Positions 1 through 10,537 of a DNA stretch of 64,000 bases are shown here, one piece after another. The number at the start of each line of letters is the position of its first letter. Positions within the stretch are counted from its first letter, which is position 1. A program made the position numbers and the translations under genes. The stretch is from Dictyostelium discoideum (taxonomy: Eukaryota): contig CM000152.2 in the NCBI GenBank assembly GCA_000004695.1, positions 4,800,001 through 4,864,000 of the forward strand, in the 5' to 3' direction. The notes beneath the pieces were generated by a model that was given only the letters and a program-made list of their open reading frames with translations, had not been told where the DNA came from and made no database searches.

Positions 1-2
1 TT

Positions 3-848
3 TTAGGTTTACAGGTTGATATTACAAATTCTCAATCTGTTCAAAATTCAATTGATAATACAATAAAACATTTTGGTATTTTAACACATGTAGTAAATAA
101 TGCAGGATATGGAAAAATTGGTACAATTGAAGAAGTATCTGATGAAGAGGCCAGAAAATTAATGGATGTAAGTCTCTATAATTATTATTAATGTATCTTT
201 ATTATTATTTTTTTATTTTTATTATTAACTTTTTTCAAAAATAATTAGGTACTATATTTTGGACCATTAAATATTTTAAGATCAGTGTTACCCATTTTTC
301 GAAATCAAAGAAATGGTTACATTTTTAATGTATGTTCAATTGCAGGTTTTAAACCTCCTTCTAGGCTAGGAAATTATTCATCATGTAAAGCTGCACTTTC
401 TGCTGTGACTGAAGGTTTGTTTTTTTTTTTTTTTTTTTTCTTTTCTTCTCCAATATTTATTTATTAATATTTTTTTGATTAAAAATAAAAAATAGCACTT
501 GCAATCGATGTAAAACCATTTAATATTAAAGTATCATCAATAGTTTTAGGATTTATTGTAACTGATTTCCATGTAAATAATTCTTTTTGTAAAAATCAAT
601 TACCAGAATATGAAACATCAAAATATTGGACAGATTTATGTAGTGAAGTTTCAAAAAATTTATTACCAGGTGACCCTAGAAAGGTGGCTCAAAAAATAAT
701 TGAAAATGGTGATAAAGAAATTTTACCATTTAATATTTTCATTGGTCCAGTTGATACATTTTCAATGGCAGAATCTAAAATTTCAGATTTAAATGAACAA
801 GTAGGCTCACAAAGGAATATTTATTCAAATGTTGTACTAGAGAAATAA
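3..848 (+). CDS. Short-chain dehydrogenase/reductase (SDR), 3' portion. The 5' end lies upstream of the window. Exons 3..167, 249..414, 496..848.
   Basis: Translation gives ...VNNAGYGKIGTIEEVSDEEARKLMD | VLYFGPLNILRSVLPIFRNQRNGYIFNVCSIAGFKPPSRLGNYSSCKAALSAVTE | ALAIDVKPFNIKVSSIV... The NNAG and Y-x3-K (YSSCK) SDR motifs are present. Two AT-rich introns have GTAAGT and GTTTGT donors and AG acceptors. The reading frame is kept across both junctions. Stop TAA at 846-848. Confidence 0.8.
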
Positions 849-985
849 AATTAATTATTTAAAAAAAATTATTTAAAAAATAAAATTATAAAAATAAAAA
901 ATAAAAAATAAAAAATAATAAATATATATCATATGTTGTTTTTTTTTTTTTTTTTTTTTTTATTTTTTTTTATTTATTTTATTAA

Positions 986-1423
986 TTATAATGAAAAGTT
1001 AATATTAAAACAAGCAATTTGGTTTGGTACTTGATCAGTAAACCAAACTGTGCTATACAATGTTTGATGTTTTAGGGTTGTTGTTGTTGTTATTGGCATT
1101 GTTAAATTAAAAGTATAATTAATTTCTCCAGATCCAGATGGACAACTAAATACATGATCACTTTTACAAAATGATTTTTTTTCTTTTATTAAAGTTACAG
1201 GTCCATTTGTAATAATTGTAAATATATTACCATCATATATAGTTTCTTTTAAAATTCCATTAATCGTAAATAATATTAAATATTCTTTATTCTCTATTTC
1301 CTTTGTTAAAACAGTGACATTTCCAATTTGAAAATGATTATTTCCACCACAATCTATAAAATTACCACTAATTATTTCAATCAAAATTGAAATTATAATT
1401 AATATTTTAAATATTATTTTCAT
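986..1423 (-). CDS. Secreted ML-domain (NPC2 / Der p 2-like) lipid-recognition protein, single exon, 145 aa.
   Basis: N-terminal signal peptide MKIIFKILIIISILIEIISG. FIDCGGNN-HFQIGNVTV aligns with the FKDCGS...VNVSPC start of NPC2. SFCKSDHVFSCPSGSGEINYTF aligns with DGCKSGINCP...TYSY. IACFNINF aligns with LFCWEIPV. Cysteine spacing fits an ML fold. Confidence 0.6.
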   Translation of the reverse strand: MKIIFKILIIISILIEIISGNFIDCGGNNHFQIGNVTVLTKEIENKEYLILFTINGILKETIYDGNIFTIITNGPVTLIKEKKSFCKSDHVFSCPSGSGEINYTFNLTMPITTTTTLKHQTLYSTVWFTDQVPNQIACFNINFSL

Positions 1424-1948
1424 TATTTATTTTTAAGTATGTTTAAATTTAGAAAAAAAAAAAAAAAAAAAAAAAAAAAGAATAATTTCAAAAGCAAAAA
1501 AGGTTTAAAAAAAAAAAAAATAATAATTTAAAAATTATGACAAACATTTGTGGTTTATTATTAGGTTTTTGGGTGTGGGTGGGGTGGAGTGTTAAATTTA
1601 ATCTTTAACGTGATGATTGAGTGTTTATAAAAAAAAAAAAAAAAAAAAACCAATTGAGTGTTTTTTATTTTCTTAGCATCACCAATTTCATTTTTTCTTT
1701 AAAATTTTGAGAGTTACTTTGCGAGATTATCAACTTTATTTATATGTGTTTCTTTATTTTATATGGGCACTAGGTGTTAATGAAGAAATAAATAAAAAAA
1801 TAAAAAAATACTTTAAGAAAAAAAAAAAAAAAAACAAATAAAATTAAAAATAGGAAAAAAAAGGGATAAAATTAAGATTTTAAATAAATGTTTCTTTTTT
1901 TTATATTTTTTTTAAAGAGATAACAAAAGAAATTTATTGTTAATCATT

Positions 1949-2463
1949 TTATTTGGCAGCAGTTGGTTTCTTGACACCTGGACGGGATGGTCTGGTTCTG
2001 ATTTTTCTGTCGGCAACTGAACGAACACGGACGATGTGACTGTGGATAGCACATGAAATACAGTATTGGGATTTAACGTAGGTTCTTGGGAATTTGTAAC
2101 CTTTGACGTTGAAAACACCTTGATCTGAAATATCCTTAACGGCAGCATTTTCGACGATTGGTCTAATGTAGAATCTCTTGACAGCTTTGTCCTATTTTTT
2201 TTAATAATAAAAGAAATAAATTTTTTTGATAATTAGCTAAATAAATTCCTCTCTCTCTTTTTTTTTTTGTATCATAATTTGATCAATTTCTTTAATTATC
2301 CTCTTATAAATTTATCTATTTTTCCTATGACTCTAATTATTTTTTTTAAAAATTAATTTTTACATACTTTTGGGACACATCTAGCACAGTTGGTGCATCT
2401 GATGTATGGAACACTACCACGACCGTGTTTTGATCTACCGTGATTACGTCTCTTTTGGGTCAT
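1949..2463 (-). CDS. rps26: 40S ribosomal protein S26 (eS26). Exons 2378..2463 and 1949..2194, intron 2195..2377.
   Basis: Hand translation of the minus strand gives [32 protein letters not shown] | [80 protein letters not shown]. This is a near-perfect match to eS26 ([17 protein letters not shown]...YCVSCAIHS). GTATGT donor and ATAG acceptor. The ORF-track entry 1912..2148 is an overlapping wrong frame. Confidence 0.9.
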
Positions 2464-2810
2464 TTTGAATAATTCTATTTATTTTTTAAAAGAAATAATT
2501 TTAATTAATATTTAATTCCAAAAAAAATTACTGCTGTTTTTTTTTGTTGTAGTAACTGTGATGATAAAATGAAAACAGAATGAATGAAAAAAAAAAAAAT
2601 TTCAACTTGTGAGAGGAAAAAAAAAAAAAAAAAAAAATGAAAAAAAGTAAAAAATTTTGTGTGACTCGGTTTTTTTTTTCCAACCCAAAATGAAATTGTT
2701 ATCTAACACTAAATTCACCTTTGCTGTTTTGATTCCTCTTTTAATAACATCCTAAACTATTTAAATTATTTTATTGGGTTTGTCATTATTTCTATTATTA
2801 TTATTATTAT

Positions 2811-2845
<35 letters not shown>

Positions 2846-3426
2846 GTTGGTGGTGATTTAATCTTTTTATTATCAAATAAAAAAAAGTTCTAAATTTTTG
2901 ATTATTTATTTGTGTTTTTATTGTTTTATTTTATTATATTTTTTTTTATATTATTTTATTTATTGTTTATTTTTTTTTTTCTTTTATTATTTTTTTTTTT
3001 TTAAAAAAAAAAATGAAGTACTACAACATAGTATCTCTCTAAATATACACATAAAAAAATTCTCACCTTTGTCGTACGAAATAAAAAGAGAGAAAAAGGA
3101 AAAAAAAAATAAAAAAATATTTTTTCAGTACACTCCCCTGCGCCTCAATAAAAAATTAAAAAAAATTCATGTGATTGAAAAATTATTGAGGTGAGTTTTT
3201 ACATAATTTTTACATAATTACGTAATTTCAATTTTTTTTTTTTTTTTATTTTATTTTTTATTTTTTTTTTTTTCCCAAATTTTTTTTTTGGAAATAAGCA
3301 CCAATTAACAATAATCAAATATTTGATCAAGATTTATTTCAATTGTTTAATTTTAATTTTTTATTTTAGATTGATTTTATCCACAATTTTATTTTAATTA
3401 TTTTAATTTTTTTTTTTAATTATTAT

Positions 3427-3484
<58 letters not shown>

Positions 3485-3835
3485 TGTAACCAAAAATATT
3501 GTTTAGATTTAAAAATTAAATAAGATTTTTATAATTATAAAAATAGTTTTATGATTTTTTTTATAATAATAAAGTGAAGTTACTGATATGACTTATTTTT
3601 TTTTTATTATTTTTTTCTTAAATTTTTTTTTTTTTTTTTCTGAAAAAAATAATAAAAAAAAGCATTCTATCATTTTTCTCATAAATTGTGTGTTATTAAT
3701 TTTTTAATTTTTTAATTTTTTAATTTTTTAATTAATATTTTTTTTTTTTTTTTTTTTTTTTTTTATTTAATTTAATTTCAATAAATTGAAGTAATAATGT
3801 AAATTATATTTCTTCCTTTTTAATTTTTATTTTTG

Positions 3836-3871
<36 letters not shown>

Positions 3872-3947
3872 TTTTTTTAATCAAATTTTGAAAAATATTA
3901 ATATATTTTCCTTTTTTATTTTAAATAATTTCTTATTATTATTAGTT

Positions 3948-3982
<35 letters not shown>

Positions 3983-4003
3983 AAAAGAAAAAGAAAAAGA
4001 AAA

Positions 4004-4036
<33 letters not shown>

Positions 4037-4046
4037 AATTAATAAA

Positions 4047-5222
4047 ATGGGTAGAGGTGGTCATACATGTTTAAATAATTATTGCCAAAATGAATTAAAA
4101 TTCGAAATTCCAAAAGATGTTACTAAAAAACCACAATTAATTCCACTATCACCAATAAATAAACAAATTTTAAAAAAAATTAAAAATAATAATAAAAAAC
4201 AAAAAAAGATGGAAAAGAAATTAAATCAATTTGAATTTTTAAATATTTTTGAAATTGATAAAAATAATATTTCATTTTCAACAACTGATGATGATGATGA
4301 TGATGATAATAATGAAAAGATTAGTAAATTAAATAATTCAATTAATAATAATAATTATAAAGAAAACAATAGTAATATAATCATTGAAAAAACACCAGAT
4401 TTAATTGAAAATGATGAATTAATAATAGACAATAATGAAAAAGAAAATCAAGAAAAAGAAAAAAAATTAAAGGAGGAGGAGGAGGAAGAGGAAGAAAGAT
4501 TATTTTTAGAATTAGAGAAAGAAAAAGAAATTTTAGAAGATGGAGAATTTAATGAAATTTTTGAATCAATTGGTGATATAAATGAAATTGGAGAAGAGTA
4601 TGAGTATCAATTAACAAATAAAAAGACTTGTTTATATAAAAGAGTGACAAAGGATAATAAGAAACCAAAGGTATCAAAAAGACCAGAAAAAGCCATTGAA
4701 TTATCAAAAGAGGCAAGAAAGAGTTATTGGTTATCTTTCCACTTCGGAAAACAATTGGATACAAGACCAAAAGAAGTTAAGATCAGTCAACTCAGTTTCA
4801 ATGGCACCGGTAAAGAAGATTCTTATGAGGCTCAATTACGTAAAGCTTTATCATTAAGTAAATCTGAATACGATAGACAAGTTAAAAAGGATATTACACC
4901 ATTATCACAACTTCAAATTAATGATATACTCAATAGAGAGTTAACACCAGAAGATTATGAATTATTACTCTTATTAGATGAAAATATTAAACCAAAAACT
5001 GTAGATGAAGATGATATCAATAAATTATTAACAGTGAAATTTGATACTCAACTCTTGCAACAATTCTCAACCTGTATGATTTGTTTATCTGATTTCGATC
5101 TTGGTGAATCAATCATTAAATTACCATGCTCTCACATTTTCCATATTAATTGTATTTCAAATTGGTTATCAAATGCTTCTACAAAATGTCCAATTGATAA
5201 TATTCCTATTGTAAATAATTAA
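4047..5222 (+). CDS. RING-H2 E3 ubiquitin ligase with a ubiquitin-interacting motif, 391 aa, single exon.
   Basis: C-terminal CMICLSDFDLGESIIKLPCSHIFHINCISNWLSNASTKCPI has C-x2-C-x13-C-x-H-x2-H-x2-C-x10-C-P spacing (RING-H2). EDSYEAQLRKALSLSKSE matches the UIM consensus. Acidic and N-rich low-complexity N-terminus. Confidence 0.75.
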   Translation: MGRGGHTCLNNYCQNELKFEIPKDVTKKPQLIPLSPINKQILKKIKNNNKKQKKMEKKLNQFEFLNIFEIDKNNISFSTTDDDDDDDNNEKISKLNNSINNNNYKENNSNIIIEKTPDLIENDELIIDNNEKENQEKEKKLKEEEEEEEERLFLELEKEKEILEDGEFNEIFESIGDINEIGEEYEYQLTNKKTCLYKRVTKDNKKPKVSKRPEKAIELSKEARKSYWLSFHFGKQLDTRPKEVKISQLSFNGTGKEDSYEAQLRKALSLSKSEYDRQVKKDITPLSQLQINDILNRELTPEDYELLLLLDENIKPKTVDEDDINKLLTVKFDTQLLQQFSTCMICLSDFDLGESIIKLPCSHIFHINCISNWLSNASTKCPIDNIPIVNN

Positions 5223-6126
5223 TGTAATAATTACCCATTTAATTTTAAATAAAATTTTTTATGTATAATAACTATAATAGTCCAATTCTCTTTTTTTTTT
5301 TTTTTTTAATTTTAATCTTGGTTATTTTTTTTTTTTTAATTTGTTATATTGATAATTATTAATTTCGAAACAAATAATTATTAATCAAAGTATCAATTAA
5401 TGATAATAATAATTTTAACCAAATAAAATGGAAATTATATTTTTAAAATAATAAAAAGGTAAAAGAAAATTTATTTAATTTTTTTATTTATTTTTTATTA
5501 ATTTATTATCATTACAAATTAAAAATCTCAAAAAAAAGTTTAAAAAAACTCATACTAATATAAATAAATATTCATTTTAATTATTAAGAGTATTTTATTT
5601 TTATTTTCTTTTTTTGCCTTTATCTAAACAAAAAATGAATTACAAATAATTAAATTCTTAAAATAATTTTTGACTCAAAAACAGATGGTTTCATTAATTT
5701 TTTTTATATTTTATATTGTTTTGTGTATTTTTGATTGTTCTATTTTTATAAACTTAATTCATTTTAAAAAATAAATAAAATTATATATCATTGTTTTAAA
5801 AAAAAATAAAAAAAAACGAAAAAATGAATTTTTTTTTTAATTATAATTTAAGTTTTTTAGTTTTGTTTAACCATTTTTATATTTATAATAATAAAATAAA
5901 ACAAAAATAAAAAAAAAATAAAAAAAAAAAAAATACAAAAGTGGTTTTAATAATAAAATTAGAAATTGTTAGAATGATTTTTTCAGATTAAAATTGAATT
6001 TGGCGCTTTTTTCTCAAAACACTTTTTTTTTTTTTTTCACACAAAAAAAAGAAAAAAAAAAAAAATTGTAAATTATTTTTTATTTTTCATCTTTTATTAA
6101 AGGTTGATAATAAATTTAATAAATAA

Positions 6127-6160
<34 letters not shown>

Positions 6161-9100
6161 ATGCCAAGACTAAAACTACCAAAATCATTCAAAGATGAAT
6201 TGGAGTCTGAAAAAACAACAACAACGAGTTCAAGAAAGAAAGCACCAGTTGTAGATCCAAAACAAACTTTGATGAGTAGTTTTTTTACACCAGTTTCAAA
6301 GTCTACAGATACAAAAGAAATAAATAATAAAGAAGATAAAGATGAAGATAAAGATAAAGATAAAGATAATAAAAAAACTAAAAAAAGTAAAGATACAAGT
6401 GATAATGAAGATATGGTTGATGATAATAATAAACAACAAAAAGAAAAGAAAGCAACACCAAATAAATCAAATTCACCTCAATCACCACAAACTTCAAAAT
6501 CACCTTTAACAAGAAGAAGTAGTGCTAATGGAAATAGTGATTCAAAAATAGATAATAAAGAAAAAGAAAAAGAAAAAGAGAAAGAAAAAGAAAAAGATAA
6601 AAGTACACCAACAAAAACAACAAGTTCAAGAGTCAAAAAAGATACAGAAGTTTCTAAATCTATACCACCAAAATTATCAAAACAAACTAAAAAAAAACAA
6701 ATATCTAGTGATAATGATATTTATGATGATGAAAAAGATTCAGAAGAAGAGGATTTAGAAGATGATCATGATGATGAAGAGGAAAAGGTTGTAGTAAAGA
6801 AACCATCAAAACCAACATCAAAATCAATTACAGCAAAACCAGCATCAACAAAAGCAACAACAACAACAACAACAACTACAACAACAACTTCAACAGGTAG
6901 AACAAGAGTCAATAGAGTGAATTTAGATATTTCATTTTCATCTGAAAGTGAGGAAGATGAAAAACCAAAGAAAAAGATTATTGGTAAAAAAAGAAAGAAG
7001 AAAGATGATAGTGATTTTGATTCTGAATCAGAATCAGATACAATCTCTGAAGCATCTGAAGTTGAACCTGAATCAGAGGAAGATTTAGATTCATTTAAAT
7101 TTAACTCAAAAAAGAAAAATAATAATAAAAATAACAATAATAAAAAGAAAAATGACGAATATGAAGATGAAGAAGAAGATGAAGATGATGAATTATTCAA
7201 AGATATTGAAATGAAAGATAAACCAGAAGAGGAAGAAAAAGAAGAAGAAGGTGACCCAATTGTTATCGGATCAGGTCGTGTTGTATTACCAAAAGGTACA
7301 CCTGATTTCCAACCAGATCCAAAAGCAGGTAAAAAACTATTAAAAGCTCATTTGGAAATTCAATCAAAAGAGGAAGCAAAGAGATTACAACAAGCAAATG
7401 GTGGTGGTGGTGACGGTGGTGGTGGTCAAATAAAGGGTAGTGATGATGAAGATGAGGAAGTTAAAAAACCAACAAAAGGTGGATCAAAAGCATCAGCGAA
7501 AAAGAAAGGACCAGCATATACACCATTGGAACAACAATATATTGCAATTAAAAAAGAGAATCCAGATACGGTGTTGATGGTTGAATGTGGTTATAAATAT
7601 AAATTCTTTGGAGAAGATGCAGAGGTTGCGAATAAAGTATTAAATATTTACTCATACGTAGCAAAGAATTTCTTAAATTGTAGCATACCAACACAACGTC
7701 TTTTCTTTCACCTTAGAAGATTAGTTATGGCAGGTTATAAAGTTGGTATTGTTGAGCAAACTGAAACTGCAGCATTGAAAGCAATTAGTTCATCAAAATC
7801 ACAACCATTTGAAAGAAAATTAACAAGAGTATACACATCGTCAACATTTATCGATGACGATATCGATGATCAACTTACAAGTTCGTCACCACAATTTTTA
7901 GTATCATTTTATGAAAGCACACCAAAGAATAAGAACGATGATGTGATTAAAAAACAAAGGGATAACGAAGAGGAGGGAATCGATAGCAGTAATGAATCAT
8001 CAACTTCAACTATATCATTTGTTGCAGTTAGTGTAAAAACTGGTGAAATTATCTATGATACATTTAAAGATAATGTAATGAGAAGTCAATTGGAAACTAT
8101 TTTAACTCATATAAAACCAAGTGAAATTTTAATACCACCAACAACAACAACAGTGAATAAACAAAAAGTTAATAATGGAATTGGTACCAATCATTATTAT
8201 TTTTCAAATCTTACAAGTAAATGTTTAAAAACTTACACTAAATCAACCAATGTTAGAACTCAAGCAATGGATAGTCAACTTTATGATTACGAGTATTCCT
8301 TGGGTAAATTAATCGATTTCTATGAAGATGAGTCCAATAATAATAATAATAACAACAACTGTGAGGATGTATTGAAATTTGTAAAATCAACATTAAATAA
8401 GGAGCAAATCATTTGTTTGGGTATATTATTAAGTTATTTGAATGAGTTCATTCATTTTGGTAGTATTTTAAAGGTGGAATCAAATTTCAAAGCATTTAGA
8501 GTCTCAAATCATTTAGTGTTACCACATTCAACCATTGTAAATTTAGAGTTATTAGTTAATGAATCAGATAACAAGGAGAAAGGATCATTGATTTGGTTAA
8601 TGAATCGTACAAGTACATTCTCTGGTAGTAGAATGTTTATCAATTGGATTTGTAAACCTTTGAATCAATTAGAGTTAATTAAAGAAAGACAAGATGCAGT
8701 TGAAGAATTAGTAAATGGTATAAAAACAAATTCACCACCAATTGTTTCAATCATTTCTTTATTCAAATCACATATTCCAGATTTACAACGTAATTTATCA
8801 CGTATCTATTATAAAGTTCAATGTACACCAAAAGAATTTTTAAATACAATGACTTCATTACAACGTATTGTTGAATTATTTAAAGAAATCAATAATAATA
8901 ATAGTAGTTATAAATTTAATTCAACTTTATTAAATTCAATATTTAAATTACAAAATGATAATAAAGATGGTGACAGTGATAGTTTTGATTATATTGGTGG
9001 TGAAGATAAATTATCAAAAAGAATTAAATACTTTTTATCAAATATAAATAAAGAAACTGCAAAAGAGTATGGAACTGTTGGTTGTGATAAATCAAATCTT

Positions 9101-10447
9101 TGGGTAGATTTAGAAAAATATGAAAAAATTAGAGAAACCAAAGAAAAAATTGAACAAGTTGAAAAAGAATTTAAAAATGTTTTAAAGAATATTAGAAAAG
9201 AATTATCAAAACCATCATTAGAGTATCATCATATGCCAGGTCTTGGATTGGAATATCTATTAGAGTTACCACCTTCTTTTAAAGCTGTACCAAAATCATG
9301 GATTAAAGTTAATTCCACTCAGAAAATGGCACGTTATCATGCACCAGAAGTATTGGAACAACTTAAAATCCTTTCACAATCAAGAGAGACCTTAAAGATT
9401 CAATCACAAGAGTCTTGGATTTCATTTTTAGGTGAATTCTCTGTAGACTATAGTTTATTTTCAAATTTTGTTAATAAAATTTCAAATTTAGATTGTTTAT
9501 TCTCATTGGCAAAGGTATCAAGTTTAGAGGGTTATATTAGACCACAATTTGTAAAGGAAAAGAAAGATGGTGGTATTCAAATTGAAAATGGTAGACATCC
9601 AGTGGTTGAAGCAATTCTAAGTGGCAGTGATGGCTCTTATGTTCCAAATACAATTGAACTTAGAGAGAGCGCTTGTAAATCAATGATTATCACAGGTCCA
9701 AATATGGGTGGTAAATCATCACTTTTGCGTCAAACTGCATTAATTGTAATTATGGCACAAGTTGGTTGCTTTGTACCTGCCACATCTTGTAGTCTAAGTG
9801 TTTTCGATGCAATCTATACACGTATGGGTGCAAGAGATTCCATTGGTACTGGTAAGAGTACATTCTTTATTGAATTGGAGGAAACTTCCGATATCTTAAA
9901 GAATAGCACTCAAAATACATTGGTTATTCTAGATGAACTAGGTAGAGGTACATCAACCAATGATGGTGTTGCTATCGCTTATTCAACACTTAAATACATT
10001 GTGGAAGTCATGAAATGTTATTGTCTCTTTGTAACTCATTATCCTTTATTGGCTCAATTGGAATTACAATATCCCACTCAAGTTGGAAATTTCCATATGG
10101 GTTATCTTGAGGAAAAACAAGATCAACAACTCCAAAAATCCGTTATTCCAAAGGTAATCTTCCTATATAAATTGGTAAAAGGTGCAGCTCAAAATTCCTA
10201 TGGTTTAAATATTGCACGTTTAGCTGGTTTACCAATGGAAGTCATTGCTGATGCATTAAAGAAATCAAATGAAATGAAAGAGTCAATAACAAGAAGAGCA
10301 AATTTATCAGATGGTAAAGATCAACAACAAATTGAAAATGAAATTAAATCAATAATTAAAAATTGGAATTCAAATAGAACAACTTTAAATTCAAATGATT
10401 TATTACAATTTATTGAAAAATTTAAATCAATTCAATTAAAACTATAA
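6161..10447 (+). CDS. msh3: DNA mismatch repair protein MutS homolog 3 (MSH3), 1428 aa, single exon.
   Basis: Mismatch-binding region TPLEQQYIAIKKENPDTVLMVECGYKYKFFGEDAEVANKVLNIYSYVAKNFLNCSIPTQRLFFHLRRLVMAGYKVGIVEQTETAALKA is near-identical to human MSH3. It lacks the MSH6 Phe-x-Glu. Walker A GPNMGGKSS and ...STFFIELEETS...LVILDELGRGTSTNDG ABC signature. N-terminal PIP box QTLMSSFF at aa 35-42. Long K/E/D/S-rich N-terminal extension. Confidence 0.9.
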   Translation: MPRLKLPKSFKDELESEKTTTTSSRKKAPVVDPKQTLMSSFFTPVSKSTDTKEINNKEDKDEDKDKDKDNKKTKKSKDTSDNEDMVDDNNKQQKEKKATPNKSNSPQSPQTSKSPLTRRSSANGNSDSKIDNKEKEKEKEKEKEKDKSTPTKTTSSRVKKDTEVSKSIPPKLSKQTKKKQISSDNDIYDDEKDSEEEDLEDDHDDEEEKVVVKKPSKPTSKSITAKPASTKATTTTTTTTTTTSTGRTRVNRVNLDISFSSESEEDEKPKKKIIGKKRKKKDDSDFDSESESDTISEASEVEPESEEDLDSFKFNSKKKNNNKNNNNKKKNDEYEDEEEDEDDELFKDIEMKDKPEEEEKEEEGDPIVIGSGRVVLPKGTPDFQPDPKAGKKLLKAHLEIQSKEEAKRLQQANGGGGDGGGGQIKGSDDEDEEVKKPTKGGSKASAKKKGPAYTPLEQQYIAIKKENPDTVLMVECGYKYKFFGEDAEVANKVLNIYSYVAKNFLNCSIPTQRLFFHLRRLVMAGYKVGIVEQTETAALKAISSSKSQPFERKLTRVYTSSTFIDDDIDDQLTSSSPQFLVSFYESTPKNKNDDVIKKQRDNEEEGIDSSNESSTSTISFVAVSVKTGEIIYDTFKDNVMRSQLETILTHIKPSEILIPPTTTTVNKQKVNNGIGTNHYYFSNLTSKCLKTYTKSTNVRTQAMDSQLYDYEYSLGKLIDFYEDESNNNNNNNNCEDVLKFVKSTLNKEQIICLGILLSYLNEFIHFGSILKVESNFKAFRVSNHLVLPHSTIVNLELLVNESDNKEKGSLIWLMNRTSTFSGSRMFINWICKPLNQLELIKERQDAVEELVNGIKTNSPPIVSIISLFKSHIPDLQRNLSRIYYKVQCTPKEFLNTMTSLQRIVELFKEINNNNSSYKFNSTLLNSIFKLQNDNKDGDSDSFDYIGGEDKLSKRIKYFLSNINKETAKEYGTVGCDKSNLWVDLEKYEKIRETKEKIEQVEKEFKNVLKNIRKELSKPSLEYHHMPGLGLEYLLELPPSFKAVPKSWIKVNSTQKMARYHAPEVLEQLKILSQSRETLKIQSQESWISFLGEFSVDYSLFSNFVNKISNLDCLFSLAKVSSLEGYIRPQFVKEKKDGGIQIENGRHPVVEAILSGSDGSYVPNTIELRESACKSMIITGPNMGGKSSLLRQTALIVIMAQVGCFVPATSCSLSVFDAIYTRMGARDSIGTGKSTFFIELEETSDILKNSTQNTLVILDELGRGTSTNDGVAIAYSTLKYIVEVMKCYCLFVTHYPLLAQLELQYPTQVGNFHMGYLEEKQDQQLQKSVIPKVIFLYKLVKGAAQNSYGLNIARLAGLPMEVIADALKKSNEMKESITRRANLSDGKDQQQIENEIKSIIKNWNSNRTTLNSNDLLQFIEKFKSIQLKL

Positions 10448-10537
10448 ATTTTATTTATATTAAATTTTTTTTTTTTTTTTTTTTTTTTTTATTTTTAATT
10501 TTTTTTAATTATAATATATTTATTTATTTAATTTATT

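Noticed and set aside
1912-2148. 78-aa minus-strand ORF from the track
   Set aside because: It is an out-of-frame overlap of the real rps26 second exon. The correct frame gives a near-perfect eS26.
2898-3194. 98-aa ORF (MIIYLCFYCFILLYFF...)
   Set aside because: Pure translation of poly-T/poly-A intergenic sequence (F/K/Y/L runs). No coding composition.
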